DNA of 64,000 bases from Octopus bimaculoides (GCF_001194135.2 NC_068994.1:22469641-22533640); one strand, 5' to 3'; positions 51,116-64,000 are shown, counted from the stretch's first letter. Numbers and translations: made by a program. The notes: generated from the letters alone by a model not told the origin.

Positions 51116-51714
51116 GAAGTTAAAAAGGACTTTGACAAAAAAACTACAACTAAGCTAAACTGATAATAATGCCGAAGTAAAGACTAAATATATAATGCAT
51201 GTGTTTAACTGGTAAACAAAAAAACAAAAAAAAAAAAGATTGACCATCCCCAAATATAACAATGTCTGTTTTGACATGTTTTCACATCAAGTACCTTGCA
51301 AAACTAATACATAAGTGTAAAAAGAAGTTAATTTTGCTAAAAGTTAATTATGCAACTCAAATTAGTTTTGTGTTGTTTATCTACATAGTAAGCTAAATAT
51401 TATTGATTATTCCAATTAAAAGAAGTCAAGAAGAATGTTGATTTCAGCCAGCAATCATCACATATTGAATTATGGTAAACTAACAAAGAGAGGTATACAC
51501 ATTTGCTCTTTTATTTATACCAGTCACTGGACTGTGAGACAGCCTCAAAGTATTTAGTCAATCAAATTGACCCCAGGTCTTATCTTTGAAGTTGGTCACT
51601 TATTCTATTGGTCTCATTTTTGCTGACTTGCTATATATTGTGGGGACATATACAAACTAACACCAGTTGCCAAGTACTGCTGGGGAAAACAAGCATCAAC
51701 ACAAAAGCTTGTTG

Positions 51715-51778
<64 letters not shown>

Positions 51779-53278
51779 CTGGTGTGTGTGTGTGCTGGTG
51801 TGTGTGTACTTGCACAATAGTGGTTATAATGTTAATATTTAGGTTAGGGTTGTAACATGACATTGAGTATTTTAGCTGGATACTTAGTTCTATAAATTTA
51901 AATTCATTCAGCTATTCAGGGTTTTGGGGGAAAGTTACTCATGATAGACTATAGAAAGAATTGGTCAAGAGAAGATTTGCTTCTTAACTGCTTAATAACT
52001 ACAGTAATCTGAGTTATGTCCCAGCCTTACAAGCTTTTGTGATTTGAAAAATATTTAACCGTTTCACTTGCTCAACCATCATCTGATTGCATTAAACTGA
52101 GAAAAAATGAAAAGGTCAGCACAGATTAGGCAATCAAAAATATTTGTTGTTTGACACAATCTAGCTAAAGCTAAGCTATGACAAAACATAATTTCATAAG
52201 CAACATACTTTCATGAGCAACATATTTTCATAAGCAACATGTTTTCAGAATCACTGGTATAACAGAAGTATAATATACTGGAAGAAGATAAAGAAAGGAA
52301 AACCTAATGACAAATTGAACAATCCAATGATTTACTCAATTAATTTAATGATTTAAGTTGATGGAATAGACTATACCAGCAGTATTGATGGCAAAGACAT
52401 GATTTGAGTCATTAGATTATTGACTGGATATAAGTTAAGGAAATGATCTTTTATTGCTAATTCCGGTAAATGTTTCCTGTCTGCTGAAGTGCATCATATG
52501 TAATAGACAAAAGTACTTAAGTTACTTTTGGCTGTCTTACACTTTATGAATAGGAATCCCATCCTATAAGTGATTTCATTCATAAAAAAGCTCTTCAGAG
52601 CAGCACTGTTAATTGAAATGCTCTCACCAATTACACAATAAATTCCATTCACATCAACAATAAACCAGGCATTCTCTGATAGATTGGGTTACTCCTAATG
52701 TTTTTATCATTGAGACAGTGTGTTTATTGGTAAGACACAGGATGTCATTGTCATTCACAAGTTCCCATAGAATATCAATTGAAATCAAAAGTATGCAAAC
52801 GTCAGTAGAAGCTTCTTATTAAAGAAGGTGAAAGCTGTTTCTCATCTAATGAATATGACAAACTGATTAAAATAACTCAATAAAAATTAATTGAATTACA
52901 AGTATACATTTCTAAAATAAATGGAAAGTAATATTTGCACCTACCAATACCAATTAATCCAATTTACCAGTGGTGTTAGCGAAGGAAACATGCTTCAATA
53001 TTTCAACAATTTATGATGCTCCAGCATGGCTGCAGTCGAAGACTGATAAAAGGATAAAAAATAACAGTCTGAGTTTATGCACTTGTCTTAACTATGTAAA
53101 ATCTTTCCAATACAATCATTTGTTATGAAATACTCATCTTTAAATATTCTATCTATATTCTTCTAAAGAACTTTCTGGATCACATTTTTGTCTGTTGTGA
53201 TTACTGTTTAAATTCTGTGATATTTTCATTTCTTTTAAAATTATATGATTCTTCTTAAATATGTTTAACATTTTCCAG

Positions 53279-53333
53279 TTAAGCTTCAACAGCAAGAAAT
53301 TCCGGTATATTTCAACTTTGATATTCCACCTGA
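53279..53333 (+). CDS. Candidate exon paralogous to gene A exon 3: (V)KLQQQEIPVYFNFDIPP(E/D)
   Basis: tttaacattttccag| acceptor and GA|GTAAGT donor. From the same boundary and phase it aligns to VQLQQSEM--DFNF, with synonymous codon differences. Confidence 0.55.
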
Positions 53334-54189
53334 GTAAGTAGCCTTTTATCAAACCATTATATATATTTAAGCATTTTCTGCATTTTGTAACTTTATTTGC
53401 ATCATAATTATATTGTACTTTGAATATTACACTTTCACTAAATTTGTGGTTATGATCTGTAGGCTTTGAGCTCATCTTATTGCATTATATTGCAAAATGA
53501 AATATACATTGTTGAATTATTTATCAAAAGATTCCTCTATGACTTCAACTTGAGAACAAATAAAAATCTTTATCATGGTGGAAAGATGATCAGCAAATCA
53601 GACCAACAAAAAACAAATTGTATGAGTGAAATTCAATAGAGAGGCAGTAAGTTTGCTTTGTGATACAGCAATCCTAATGGAGTTGAAGATAGCCTGAAAC
53701 ATAATTAAAGAACAAGTAGGGATAAGCTGATAAAGCAAAATATTAGACAGCAAAACAGCAAAAGTTGTATAGTTATTTAACATTTCTTTAAAATCTAACA
53801 AAAAAATATCTTTATATTTACTGTGAAATATTTGATTATATGACATGTACTAATTTACCAAATATATTACATATTCTACAGATGTTTTCAATATTTATAT
53901 TTACAGATGATACTAATACTGAACTTTTGGTTTGATTTGGATATTATCTCTACATTGGGATATTATTTGTGACTTTGGAAAACTGTGCTGAATAATTTCA
54001 TGAATTTTCCCGATAAAAAAATGTACCTTAGCAATTAGTAGTAGAGATAGAAATAAATTCCTGATCTCTCTTATCTACATGAGTATCTTATTTATTTTCA
54101 TGTGATTATATTAACATTTCACAATTGCAAAGAGTTCCAAACCTTTTGAGTAATGCAGACAATATTTTCTAAACAAAGTATAAAATATT

Positions 54190-54390
54190 GGTTTCAAATT
54201 TTGGCACAAGGCCAGCAGGTTTGGGGGAGAGGGCTCAGTCAATTAAATCAACCCCAGTGTTCAACTGGTACTTAGTTTATCAACCCTGAAAGGATGAAAA
54301 GCAAAGTTGACCACAGTAGAATTTGAACTCGGAACATAAAGATGGATGAAATACCGCAGTGCATTTCATCTGGTGTGCCAACAATTCTGC
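54190..54390 (-). mobile_element. SINE family B, reverse
   Basis: ggcacaaggccagc...gaaaggatgaaaagcaaagttgac...gaatttgaactc. Confidence 0.8.
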
Positions 54391-55541
54391 TTGTTTTTAA
54401 ATGCCAAGAGAATGTATATACATATTCAACATGTTTTACTTATTGCCTTGGTTAAAGAACATTTATTATATTAACGGCTAAAAAAAGAATTATGTTAAAA
54501 TTACAAAGATGATTCTGTAGCAAATGTTTAATAGAAAATGTATTGCATAAAATGACAAATAATATTTTAAGGTAAATGTTTGAAAATTTCTTCATTAAAG
54601 CACCAAACTTCTTCTAAACTACACAGTCCAGAGACTAAACTCTAGAAAAAACTTTGTAATTTGACTGTAAGTTACAATGTTTACTCCATTAATCTTTCAA
54701 CTTTCACTTTGTAACAATTAAAACAGTACGTTATAATTCCAAATATGGTGTCTATTTCTAGTAGATTTTAAGAAATCTCAGATTTTAAAATGGAATTGGA
54801 AGCCTTTCATTTCATCAAGTCAGATTTATTTCTTAAATGGAAGATAGAAAGCAAACAGAGGAATAATTGCAGACTGTAACCAATGTCAACCCACCTGAGG
54901 TCATTGTTTTAAAGACTTCAGACTTAAATAGAAACAATTATCATCATATATTGTTCAAACTCCAGCTTAATTATTTAGTAAATTCCTTCAATATTCCTAT
55001 TCTGAAAATTAAGCAAAACAGTGCATTTCATTAGAAATATTGTTCAACATCACCAACTACAATACTAATAAGATCAGCCTCCTCCTTCTTGTCGTCGTCA
55101 TCGTCGTCATCATCATCGTCACACTACCATCATCGTCACACTACCATCATCATACTATGGTAATAGCATTTGAAGAAAAGCAGCACATAAGAAAGAGTGT
55201 TAATTATTGATATTGAGTAGCCACAAGATAAATTAAGAGACCAAAATGAAAAGGATATTATGTACGAAATGTTCTTAGCTCTCTAGAAAACCTTAGATCA
55301 AAACAAACTAGAATAACATGCTCACAGCATGAAATTTGTATCCTTTTTATTCTAATTATTTCATTAATATTCCTCACAATGAATTCAGTTGATTTAAATA
55401 GTTCTGAGATGAGATGTCTGTAATCATTTTTATAACAAACTGTTTGAACTTAAAATCTTGATTCAAAGAAGAGTTAATGCTGTGACAGACCAGATATTTC
55501 AAACAAAATTCATCTTCAACAGTGATTTGCAGTGTGTAAAC

Positions 55542-55817
55542 TAGAGGTTCTCAGCTAGGGTCCATATGACCCTTACAGGTCCATATGACCCTCGGGGGTC
55601 TATATAAGATTTTGTTGTTAAAGTTTATGTGTAATAAATTGCTTATACTTCTACAATACACAAAATATTTCAACAATTTTTTTAATACAATTCGTAATAA
55701 TATTTAATTATAAAAATGCAATAAGATTTTTTAAAACATCAAATAGCTATGTAGGTCCAGTGGAGTAAAGTAAGGATCAAAGGGGTCCATAGGTAAAGAA
55801 AGGGTTGAGAACCACTA
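55542..55817. mobile_element. hAT-type MITE
   Basis: TIRs tagaggttctcagc / ggttgagaaccacta; internal duplicated ggtccatatgaccct. Confidence 0.7.
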
Positions 55818-56099
55818 ATGAAAATGAAGAGGTAAAAATTAACATGTGAATAAATTTCAGTGAACAGGGTGTGCGTGTGTGCATGTCTAGTATATGTTTA
55901 TGATGTGTGCATGTATGTGAATATGGATATTTACATATGTAAGTATATGCAATGAAGAAATGATATAACTAAATATTTGTGTGAATACAGCTTTATAATT
56001 TAGGGGATGAAAGGCATGCAATTGATTGTAGGTAAGACTAATGGTACCGTACATGAAATGTCAATAACCAAAACTATTTGGTCATTTAATACATTCTAA

Positions 56100-56167
<68 letters not shown>

Positions 56168-56168
56168 C

Positions 56169-56222
<54 letters not shown>

Positions 56223-56225
56223 CTA
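56100..56225. repeat. (CT)n / (CTAT)n microsatellite
   Basis: Direct inspection. Confidence 0.95.
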
Positions 56226-56227
56226 CC

Positions 56228-56432
56228 TGATCAATGGAACAGCCTGCTTGTGAAATTAACATGCAAGTGGCTGAGCACTCCACAGATATGTATACCCTTA
56301 ACGTAGTTCTCAGGGATATTCAGTGTGACAAGACCAACCTTTTTGAATTACAAGTACTACTCATTTTTGCCAGTTAAGTGGACTAGAACAACATGAAATA
56401 AAGCATCTTGCTCAAGGACACAATGCACCAAG
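56228..56432 (-). mobile_element. SINE fragment with family C 3' domain and a different body
   Basis: ggaacagcctgcttgtgaaattaac...gcaagtggctgagcactcc followed by ttttgccag...cttgctcaaggacacaa. Confidence 0.7.
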
Positions 56433-57268
56433 AAGGATTAGGAATTGCCAAATACAACTCCTCACTGCTTGGTTGGAATTAAACAAGTTAGATACATGAA
56501 AAATAGAAAATATAAAGAATAAAAGAATAAAAGAACACTTAGCATAGACTGCTGTACAAGCAAAACAAGAATCTTCTGAAGTAGCAAGAAATGATTTTTT
56601 TTCTGTTAGTTTAAACTTCTCAGTTTAAATATCCAAGTTAAAATTGATCTAACATGACAAGAATAAACGCAAAGCCTGAAGATGGAAATTTCACAAGAAA
56701 GGTATTGCTGTTTTAGTAAAAATTAAAGGTTATGTTGATAGCAGAAACAAGAAAGACTAAATAGACTGGATGCAATTCAGCTTTGTGCCAGAAAAAAATG
56801 TACTATTGATGCTCTCTTCTTGGTGAAACAAATGCAGAAATATTTTGCTAAATGTAAGCCTCACCATTTGTTAACCTGGAGAAAGCCTTCATCAAAGTCC
56901 TTGTTCTATTAACTAGTGGTCACTGAAGAAGCTAGAAATACTGTCCATTAGGTAGAACAGGTACAGCTATGAATTTAGAGTGCAGGTAGGAATTCATCAG
57001 AGCTCAGTTCTTAGTACCCTTTTATTCATCATAATCCTCCAGGTAATAACTTAAGAGTTTAAGACCAGATTCCTGTGGAAACTGTTGTGCTAATGACATC
57101 ATTTTTATAGTTAGATATGAAGTAGAATTAGAAAAGAAATTTCATGTGTTGAAGCAAAACTTGAAATCAAAGGGCCTTAAAGTTAACTTAACAAAGAACA
57201 AAGTTCTAGTAAGCAAGAAAACATACAAGATTCTACTCCCTTCCAGAAAATGGTCCTACTCAATATAT

Positions 57269-57655
57269 GTGTGTGTTGGCACTCCGTCGCTTATGACGTC
57301 AAGGGTTCCAGTTGATCCGATCAATGGAACAGCCTGCTCGTGAAATTAACGTGCAAGTGGCTGAGCACTCCACAGACATGTGTACCCTTAACGTAGTTCT
57401 CGGGGATATTCAGTGTGACACAGTGTGACAAGGCTGACCCTTTGAATTACAGGCACAACAGAAACAGGAAGTAAGAGTGAGAGAAAGTTGTGGTGGAAGA
57501 GTACAGCAGGGTTCGCCACCATCCCCTGCCAGAGCCTCGTGGAGCTTTAGGTGTTTTCGCTCAATAAACACTCACAACGCCCGGTCTGGGAATCAAAACC
57601 ACGATCCTATGACCGCGAGTCCGCTGCCCTAACCACTGGGCCATTGCGCCTCCAC
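57269..57655 (-). mobile_element. Full-length tRNA-derived SINE family C with 11-bp TSD
   Basis: TSD actcaatatat at 57258 and 57656. Excision restores the RTE frame WSYSIYRKSADRNSIQCTQCK. Confidence 0.93.
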
Positions 57656-58743
57656 ACTCAATATATAGGAAAAGTGCAGACAGAAACTCCATACAGTGTA
57701 CTCAGTGCAAGCTATAAATATACAAGAAGTGCAATGGAATCATAGAATAGTTCACAGAGGAAGTGTACATTGTATGTGGCAGATGTGCAAGAACAATAAC
57801 CTCTGAGAATATACAGGAAATATATTTTATCAAATGGTCAGGAGATTCCCTGGAAGTAGTAGATAGTTTCTGCTACTTAGGAGACCTATCTATCAGTGGA
57901 AAAGGATGTTCTGGAAGTATAGTAGCTAGAATAAAAACAAGATGGAATATGTTCCAAGATCTATTTCCTCTGTTGGTAAAAAAAGGCCTTTCTTTCAGAA
58001 TGAAAGGCAGATTGTATGATGATTGGATACAAACAGCAATACAACATAAGATGTGGGTCCTAAATGCAGATAACATGCAAAATTTTGAAAAGAATAAAGC
58101 TAGTATGCTCCATTGGATATACAACATCAGTGTGCATGTATGTTAAAGTGTGTTGAGAGAAAAGCTGGGCATAAGAGGAATCAGATGTAGTGTGTAAAAG
58201 AGAAGGTTGCAGTGATATGAACATATGATGTGTAGGGATGAGGACAGCTGTACAAAGAAGTCCTCATTGCTTATTGTAGAGGGAGCTTGTGGAATGGGAG
58301 GATGACATGGGTTTTTGAATCTCATGGAATAAATTACAAAGGACTGAGATGCTTGGCAATATTCAGTGCTCAAGAAAATCAATAGATATCAGAGAAAATG
58401 AGTCTCTGATATCTATTGAGAAGCATAATGGGTATATACATAACAGAGCCCATTGCACAGTTTGTCTGTCATCCTTCTCCACCCCACTTCACCTCTCTAT
58501 CAGTGATCCCTGCATCACTTGCCTTACTACTGCAGATTCTGCTACTTTAATTAAAAGAGAGCCAAACTACAGATTTGATCATTTTTTTCCTGATCACCCA
58601 CTTATCTCTCCTATGACCTAGAGACATTTCTTTTGACATATATCCTTCATTTCTAATATTGTCCTTCTCTACTAACATTTTACATTGATCACCCTTCAAT
58701 TATTTATATCTGACCCGTGAACCATTTCCTGTTGACTTACCCT

Positions 58744-60622
58744 TGTAGTAACGCCGTGTGCATGCGTGGAATTAAACAACCAAGCGTTCCCGCTTTTATT
58801 CTGTCTCTTTCTTGCTGGCCAGCGATTGAGCATGGACGTGTTTAAATGTCACTCTCCATCTTTCGGACTTACGCTCGACAGCTCGCTTACATCTACATAC
58901 CAAACATCCCAACAACAATGCTCACACACACAGAAGCTGTAACAACAAACAAGAGCTAAAGATGTATATATTTACCACCTAAATAAATGTTGTTTAAGTT
59001 GATAGTCTGGAGTTCAGCATTCCGTTATATTCTTAATTTTATGTAGGAAAGTGGTATACATCTAAAGATGTATAACCCACTTTCCACTAAAGTGGTGACC
59101 CCGATGAAGAAACAAACGCAGCATGGACTCTGGACTACCAACCTATAACTGGTGAACCCCGACTAAAGAACAAATGCGGCCATGGAGACTGAACTACGTA
59201 TTACCAACATCAACAAGCGCGGTTTTTATCTTGCCTCTGTTAGAGTGAATGTTTCCACTCACGATAAACAGACAAGAATTACAGCCTGCGACTTTCCAAT
59301 TGTGTACTCAAAAAACTTGGTATAAAACTCACACGTGTACTGACTTTCTATCTGCTGTGATATCTCACATACATATAGACGGCCTGTTTTTTATTATGTT
59401 CTTATATGTCGCATTCACACTCTCACATACACATACATCTTTTATGCCACACTAAATATCTCTTGTTATTCATTTCATACGGTTGTCTTTTTTATCGTCT
59501 CGTTACTGGCTATTTATGTCATCGTAATATAACATAATTATTTGTATATCATCTTTGATATATTATTTTGTGTTCAACTGTGTGACACGTTTAAATAAAA
59601 GGAGTCCTCTGTTTTTCCATTCGTCACCATTTCTCCTTTTGAGTTCGCACTGTCATTCCNNNNNNNNNNTTAAGAAAATTTTTCTTCAAGGTTTTCGCTA
59701 ATGGTTGTACAGAGATTTGTCTGTCGATCGTCTGTAAAAGCACACCTCTTCAAACACCATCACCGAATGACCTTTTCGCCACCAGCTTCGTTCAACCAAG
59801 ATTACCACTTCGACGACAACAATTACTACTACCAACTACAAGCATTCCCCCCGATGTCGCCAAGTTTCAACAGGACATCATTACCACTGTCAACATCATT
59901 ACCACCACACATACAGAACGCAGTCTATACTACAGACACTTTCACTTGTTCTGTGTTTTCACTCACACACACACACTTGTGCACTCATATTTTCTTTCCT
60001 TTCAGAAAGAACAAAAAATCAGACTTTTACATCGCGTGATTCCAGTTTCCTGGACAGTTGTCATCACGGTTGTTTTGTCATTGTCATTTCATTTGTACAT
60101 TGCATGCATGTATCACACGAGTGTACATTTCATTTCTTTCATTTTTCTTTGTGTGTGTTTTGTGCTACATCTTGTGGGTGGTTTTCAGTGGCCATCCTGC
60201 CTCAGGCGTTCCAACAGATTTCATATTATCGGGCGTTTCTGCACTGGCAAGGGAGCCCTGTAGTAACGCCATGCGCATGTGTAGTCTCACGCATGCGTGG
60301 AATTAAACAACCAAGCGTTCCCACTTTTATTCTGTCTCTTTCTTGCTGGCCAGCGATTGAGCATGGACGTGTTTAAATGTCACTCTCCATCTTTCGGACT
60401 TACACTCGACAGCTCGCTTACATCTACATACCAAACGTCCCAACAACAATGCTCACACACACAGAAGCTGTAACAACAAACAAGAGCTAAAGATGTATAT
60501 ATTTACCACCTGAATAAATGTTGTTTAAGTTGATAGTCTGGAGTTCAGCGTTCCGTTTAATTTTAAATTTTATATAGGAAAGTCAGGTATACATCTAATG
60601 ATGTATAACCCACTTTCCTATA
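58744..60622 (+). mobile_element. Non-autonomous LTR retroelement (~1.9 kb; LTRs 58744-59091 and 60259-60622), no coding capacity seen
   Basis: Two near-identical LTRs starting TGTAGT; CCCT TSD at 58740 and 60623; PBS TGGTGACCCCGA at 59093; purine tract caagggag before the 3' LTR. Confidence 0.88.
59660..59669. other. Assembly gap (10 N)
   Basis: Run of N. Confidence 1.
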
Positions 60623-61880
60623 CCCTTATCACCATGTTTCTCACTCTCCCTAAACATTCCTACAACATACCCATCTTTCTTTCATCCCCTTTTCTCTCAT
60701 CCTTCCCTGTCTACTGTATGATTACTATTCTGTTGCTCTTCCCCCTCAGTATTGCCAGCTATCCTTTATTCTCCCCTATCTTTTCTCCAACTCATTTATC
60801 ATCAACAACTCTTGTTCCTCATTCACTGAATTCATCTTTAACTCCTACCTCATCTATACAGTCATCACCTGTTCTCTCCTACCTTCTCTACGATTATATT
60901 TATTACTGACTACTCCTCTACCCTTACTCCATTTCTAGTCATCTCTCACTCTCTCCATATACTCTTTCAGTCTCTACCAGCCACCCTTCCTGTTCATCTG
61001 TTCCTTCACTTTTTTCTATTCACTTTCTTTTATCTTGAGGACTCACCTTGGCCCTGTGCCACCACCATTCTTATTTCTCTTTCCAGCTCCAGCCCAGTAA
61101 CTCATGCTACTCTTATATAATGCAAGGTAGCCATGTATCTCCACTACAGCAGAAACCTATTCCAGCTCCCATCTTTCATACTTCAACCTTGCATCACCTA
61201 GCACGAATCAACCTCCCTCTCTACAGCTGTTTCACCCAGTTGAGGAGAATCTCACTCTTATGATCTATGGTGGCACCTCACTTATGTTGGTACTGTATAA
61301 AAAGTATTAAGTACACCCCAGCATGAAGAAGCAGATGTTAAATGATGATGATGATGATGATGGTGATGGTGATGGTGATGGTGATGATGATGATGATAAT
61401 GATGATAATGATGATGATGATGATCGCAAGTGGCAATGTTATGCTCTGATTCACTAAATCTGATATATGTTGGCTTGTTTTCTTAGTGGGGAATGTTTGA
61501 TGTCATGATCTCGCCTCATCAATCGTAAGAGTTCAGCAGAATTGAAAACATGGTCGCATTTAAATAAATAATTACTTAAAAAGCAAATAACATCAAAAAC
61601 AAAGATGTGGGAAATGATGCAGGATAGCATTTATTCAGTGCCACTCTACACATTTGAATTTTTCTCTCCCAAGAAGACCTTTATTCAGAATGTCAATGCT
61701 CATATCTCCATATGTATCATAAGCTTATCTAAAAATTAAAAACAGTTCATCAGAGGAAAGTGAGGCTTCTTTTTTTTAGGTAGGATTATATAGCATATAG
61801 ACATATAGTGATTTCTACAAAGTCTGTGACCCATATTGGAATACTGACATATATTTGAGATGTCAATATGGCTACACATT

Positions 61881-62095
61881 AGGGTGGCGAGCTGGTAGAA
61901 TCATTAGAATAACAGGTAAAATTCTTAGCAGCATTTTGTCTGTCTCAGTGTTCTGAGTTCAAATTCAGCTGAGGTCAACTTTGCCTTTCATCCTTTCAGG
62001 GTTGATGAAATAAGCACCAGTTGAGCACTGGAGTCGATATAACCAACTTATCCCTTCCTCCAAAGTTTCTGGCTCTGTGTCTAAATTTGTAACCA
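61881..62095 (+). mobile_element. SINE family B
   Basis: gggtggcgagctggtagaatcattag...gagttcaaattcagctgaggtcaactttgcc. Confidence 0.82.
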
Positions 62096-62388
62096 ATGTT
62101 GCTACACATCTAAACATTTTAGACTACATCTGAAAGAAGATCATCCAGCAGATTAGCAAATAGGCAATCCACAAACTGTTACAATAACCGCTCACAGACG
62201 CATTGTTTCCTTTTCTACTATCCATACTACAATGATCTCTGCATCTCTAGACTAGTTCTGTGCATACATTCTTTCCCCAATCCCATCTCTCAACTTTCTT
62301 CATTTTGTTCTTTTGTCCTTTTAGACTCTACTCTAGGCTATTTGCCCAGTATTTCTGAAATTCCCACATTACTATTTTTCCTCTGCAG

Positions 62389-62523
62389 ACATTGACCTTC
62401 AGATGTTCAAATTAAACAATAATGCCCTCACCAATCTGAAGGGGCCTACAAAAGTCATGGACATTATTTCCCTTTTTAGTGGTGGTCATCATATCATCAT
62501 TGCTAATACACTATAGTAAGAAG
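62389..62523 (+). CDS. Candidate exon, reading frame uncertain
   Basis: Strong acceptor actatttttcctctgcag|; donors TA|GTAAGA (62516) and AAG|GTAAGC (62524). Phase 1 reads (D)IDLQMFKLNNNALTNLKGPTKVMDIISLFSGGHHIIIANTL*. Confidence 0.4.
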
Positions 62524-62735
62524 GTAAGCTTGTAGAATGCATTAAAGTGAGAAAGACCACATTAATAATAATATATATTTCCTTATTTTATAACTCCAAA
62601 CAGTTGTATTTACATATGCACTACAGATTAATAGAATTGGAAAACATACATGCTATCATGGATGTGATATTTAAAAGTTTACACTGCATAAGAGAAAAAT
62701 AATATTTTAGTTAATCATATGGATAAATGTTCATA

Positions 62736-63105
62736 GGTGCATGTGTGGCTGTGTGGTAAGAAGTTTGCTTCCCAACCATACGATTCCAGGTTCAGTCCCA
62801 TTGTGTAGCATCTTGGGTAAGTGTTTTCTACTATTGCCTCAAGCCAACCAAAGCCTTGTGAGTGGATTTGATAGACAAAAACTAAAAGAAGCATATGGTG
62901 TGCGTGTGTGTATGTGTTTGTCCCTCACCATCACTTGACAACCAGACTTGGTGTGTTTAAGTCCTTGTAACTAAATGGTTCAGCAACTGATAGAATCAGT
63001 ACCAGGCTTTTAAAAAATAAGTACTGGGGTTGATTTGTTTGTCTAGGGCTCTTCAGGGCAGTACCCCAGTATGGCTGCAGTCTGGTGACTGAAACAGATA
63101 AAAGA
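62736..63105 (+). mobile_element. SINE family A
   Basis: ggtgcatgtgtggctgtgtggtaagaagtttgcttcccaacc...ggttcagtccc...gactgaaacag. Confidence 0.88.
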
Positions 63106-63733
63106 TAGTTGTTATAGGCAAAACAAGCAGATAAAATGGAAACACCTATCATGGATCTGAGTGATAGAGTCCAATGCAGCACCTAAGGTGATTCTGTCTT
63201 GGAGTTCAATATCTCAGCTTTTTATAACTTTCAGTAAACCTTCCAGAACCTTTGGCAAAACTATTTGGTGGGAATTTCACACAACTTTCTTTCAAGTGTA
63301 CCCCTTTATTGCTTATATACTAACTGACACTGAATGACTGTTCATGTCTTTTATGGTAATACAGTTAATTTCCCATAGCTGATCTTGCCTTTTATGGCTA
63401 TGGTTCTAAACTAACTAAAAAAAAAAGCTGGAATCTCTTTACAAACTAGCAATCCCTTCCTAATCACACACTCTACCTTTATTGCTATCGTATTTGTTCA
63501 TATTTCAACCATGTGTATGAGTTGTTTTAATGGTGATACTTATTAGTCATTATGTGTTGTAAATGTATGGATTTTAGGTTATTGAAAGAAACTTAATAGT
63601 GAAGTTGGTTTTTTTAAATAACTGGCAATAAACAAAGAAATTTTAATTAATTACATTACTTAAGTAGGGAATTCAGTTGGGATATTTTTGCCCAGTTATT
63701 CATTAAAGTTGTTATGCCACTCAATATTCATTC

Positions 63734-63772
<39 letters not shown>

Positions 63773-64000
63773 TTTAGATTTAGATTCAAAATTGAATATG
63801 GTACTTATGTTTGGGCACCAGAATATAGTATGGTATTATCCAAAAACCATTCCAAAAGCAAGGTGATCAAAAAATCAAAATAAGCAACATGGATTTTAAA
63901 GATGATTGCAGTACGCACATTTCATGCTACTCCATTTATTTAAGTAATGCGAGCATTACATTAAATGCAATATGTAGAGCAATCTTCAGCTGCACAAAGT

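Larger units (their letters stand above)
56780..61420 (+). mobile_element. Degenerate RTE LINE hosting a SINE and an LTR element
   Basis: ctggagaaagccttc, GLKVNLTKNKVL, VVDSFCYLGD remnants; pyrimidine-rich UTR at 58430-61250; tail gttaaatgatgatgat at 61335. Confidence 0.8.

Noticed and set aside
53149-53846. Two minus-strand ORFs (108 and 82 aa)
   Set aside because: No recognisable motifs, AT-rich composition; the plus-strand exon at 53279 explains the region better

Overview
AT-rich, microsatellite-dense, intron-rich animal DNA with seven N-gaps. The SINE and LINE families look like Octopus repeats (recognised from memory, not by search). Most of the window is transposon debris: four Tc1/mariner elements, several RTE LINEs, an R4-type LINE, Penelope-like pieces, a Mag-type Gypsy element split by two DNA transposons, a non-coding LTR element, three tRNA-derived SINE families and hAT/piggyBac MITEs. 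The ORF track misses the main signal, which I read from splice sites: a plus-strand multi-exon gene (24212-42913). It has a signal-peptide exon, three symmetric phase-1 short exons (18, 66, 24 nt) and a terminal coding exon. Together they predict a ~99-aa secreted precursor with an R-L-K-R convertase site and a strongly cationic 51-aa mature peptide. The first four exons are well supported; the terminal exon is less certain. A paralogous-looking exon at 53279, another signal-peptide exon at 10913 and possible alternative terminal exons suggest a lineage-specific family of micro-exon secreted-peptide genes. A Cys/His 9-aa repeat ORF end lies at the window start. All gene models are hand-built and need RNA evidence.
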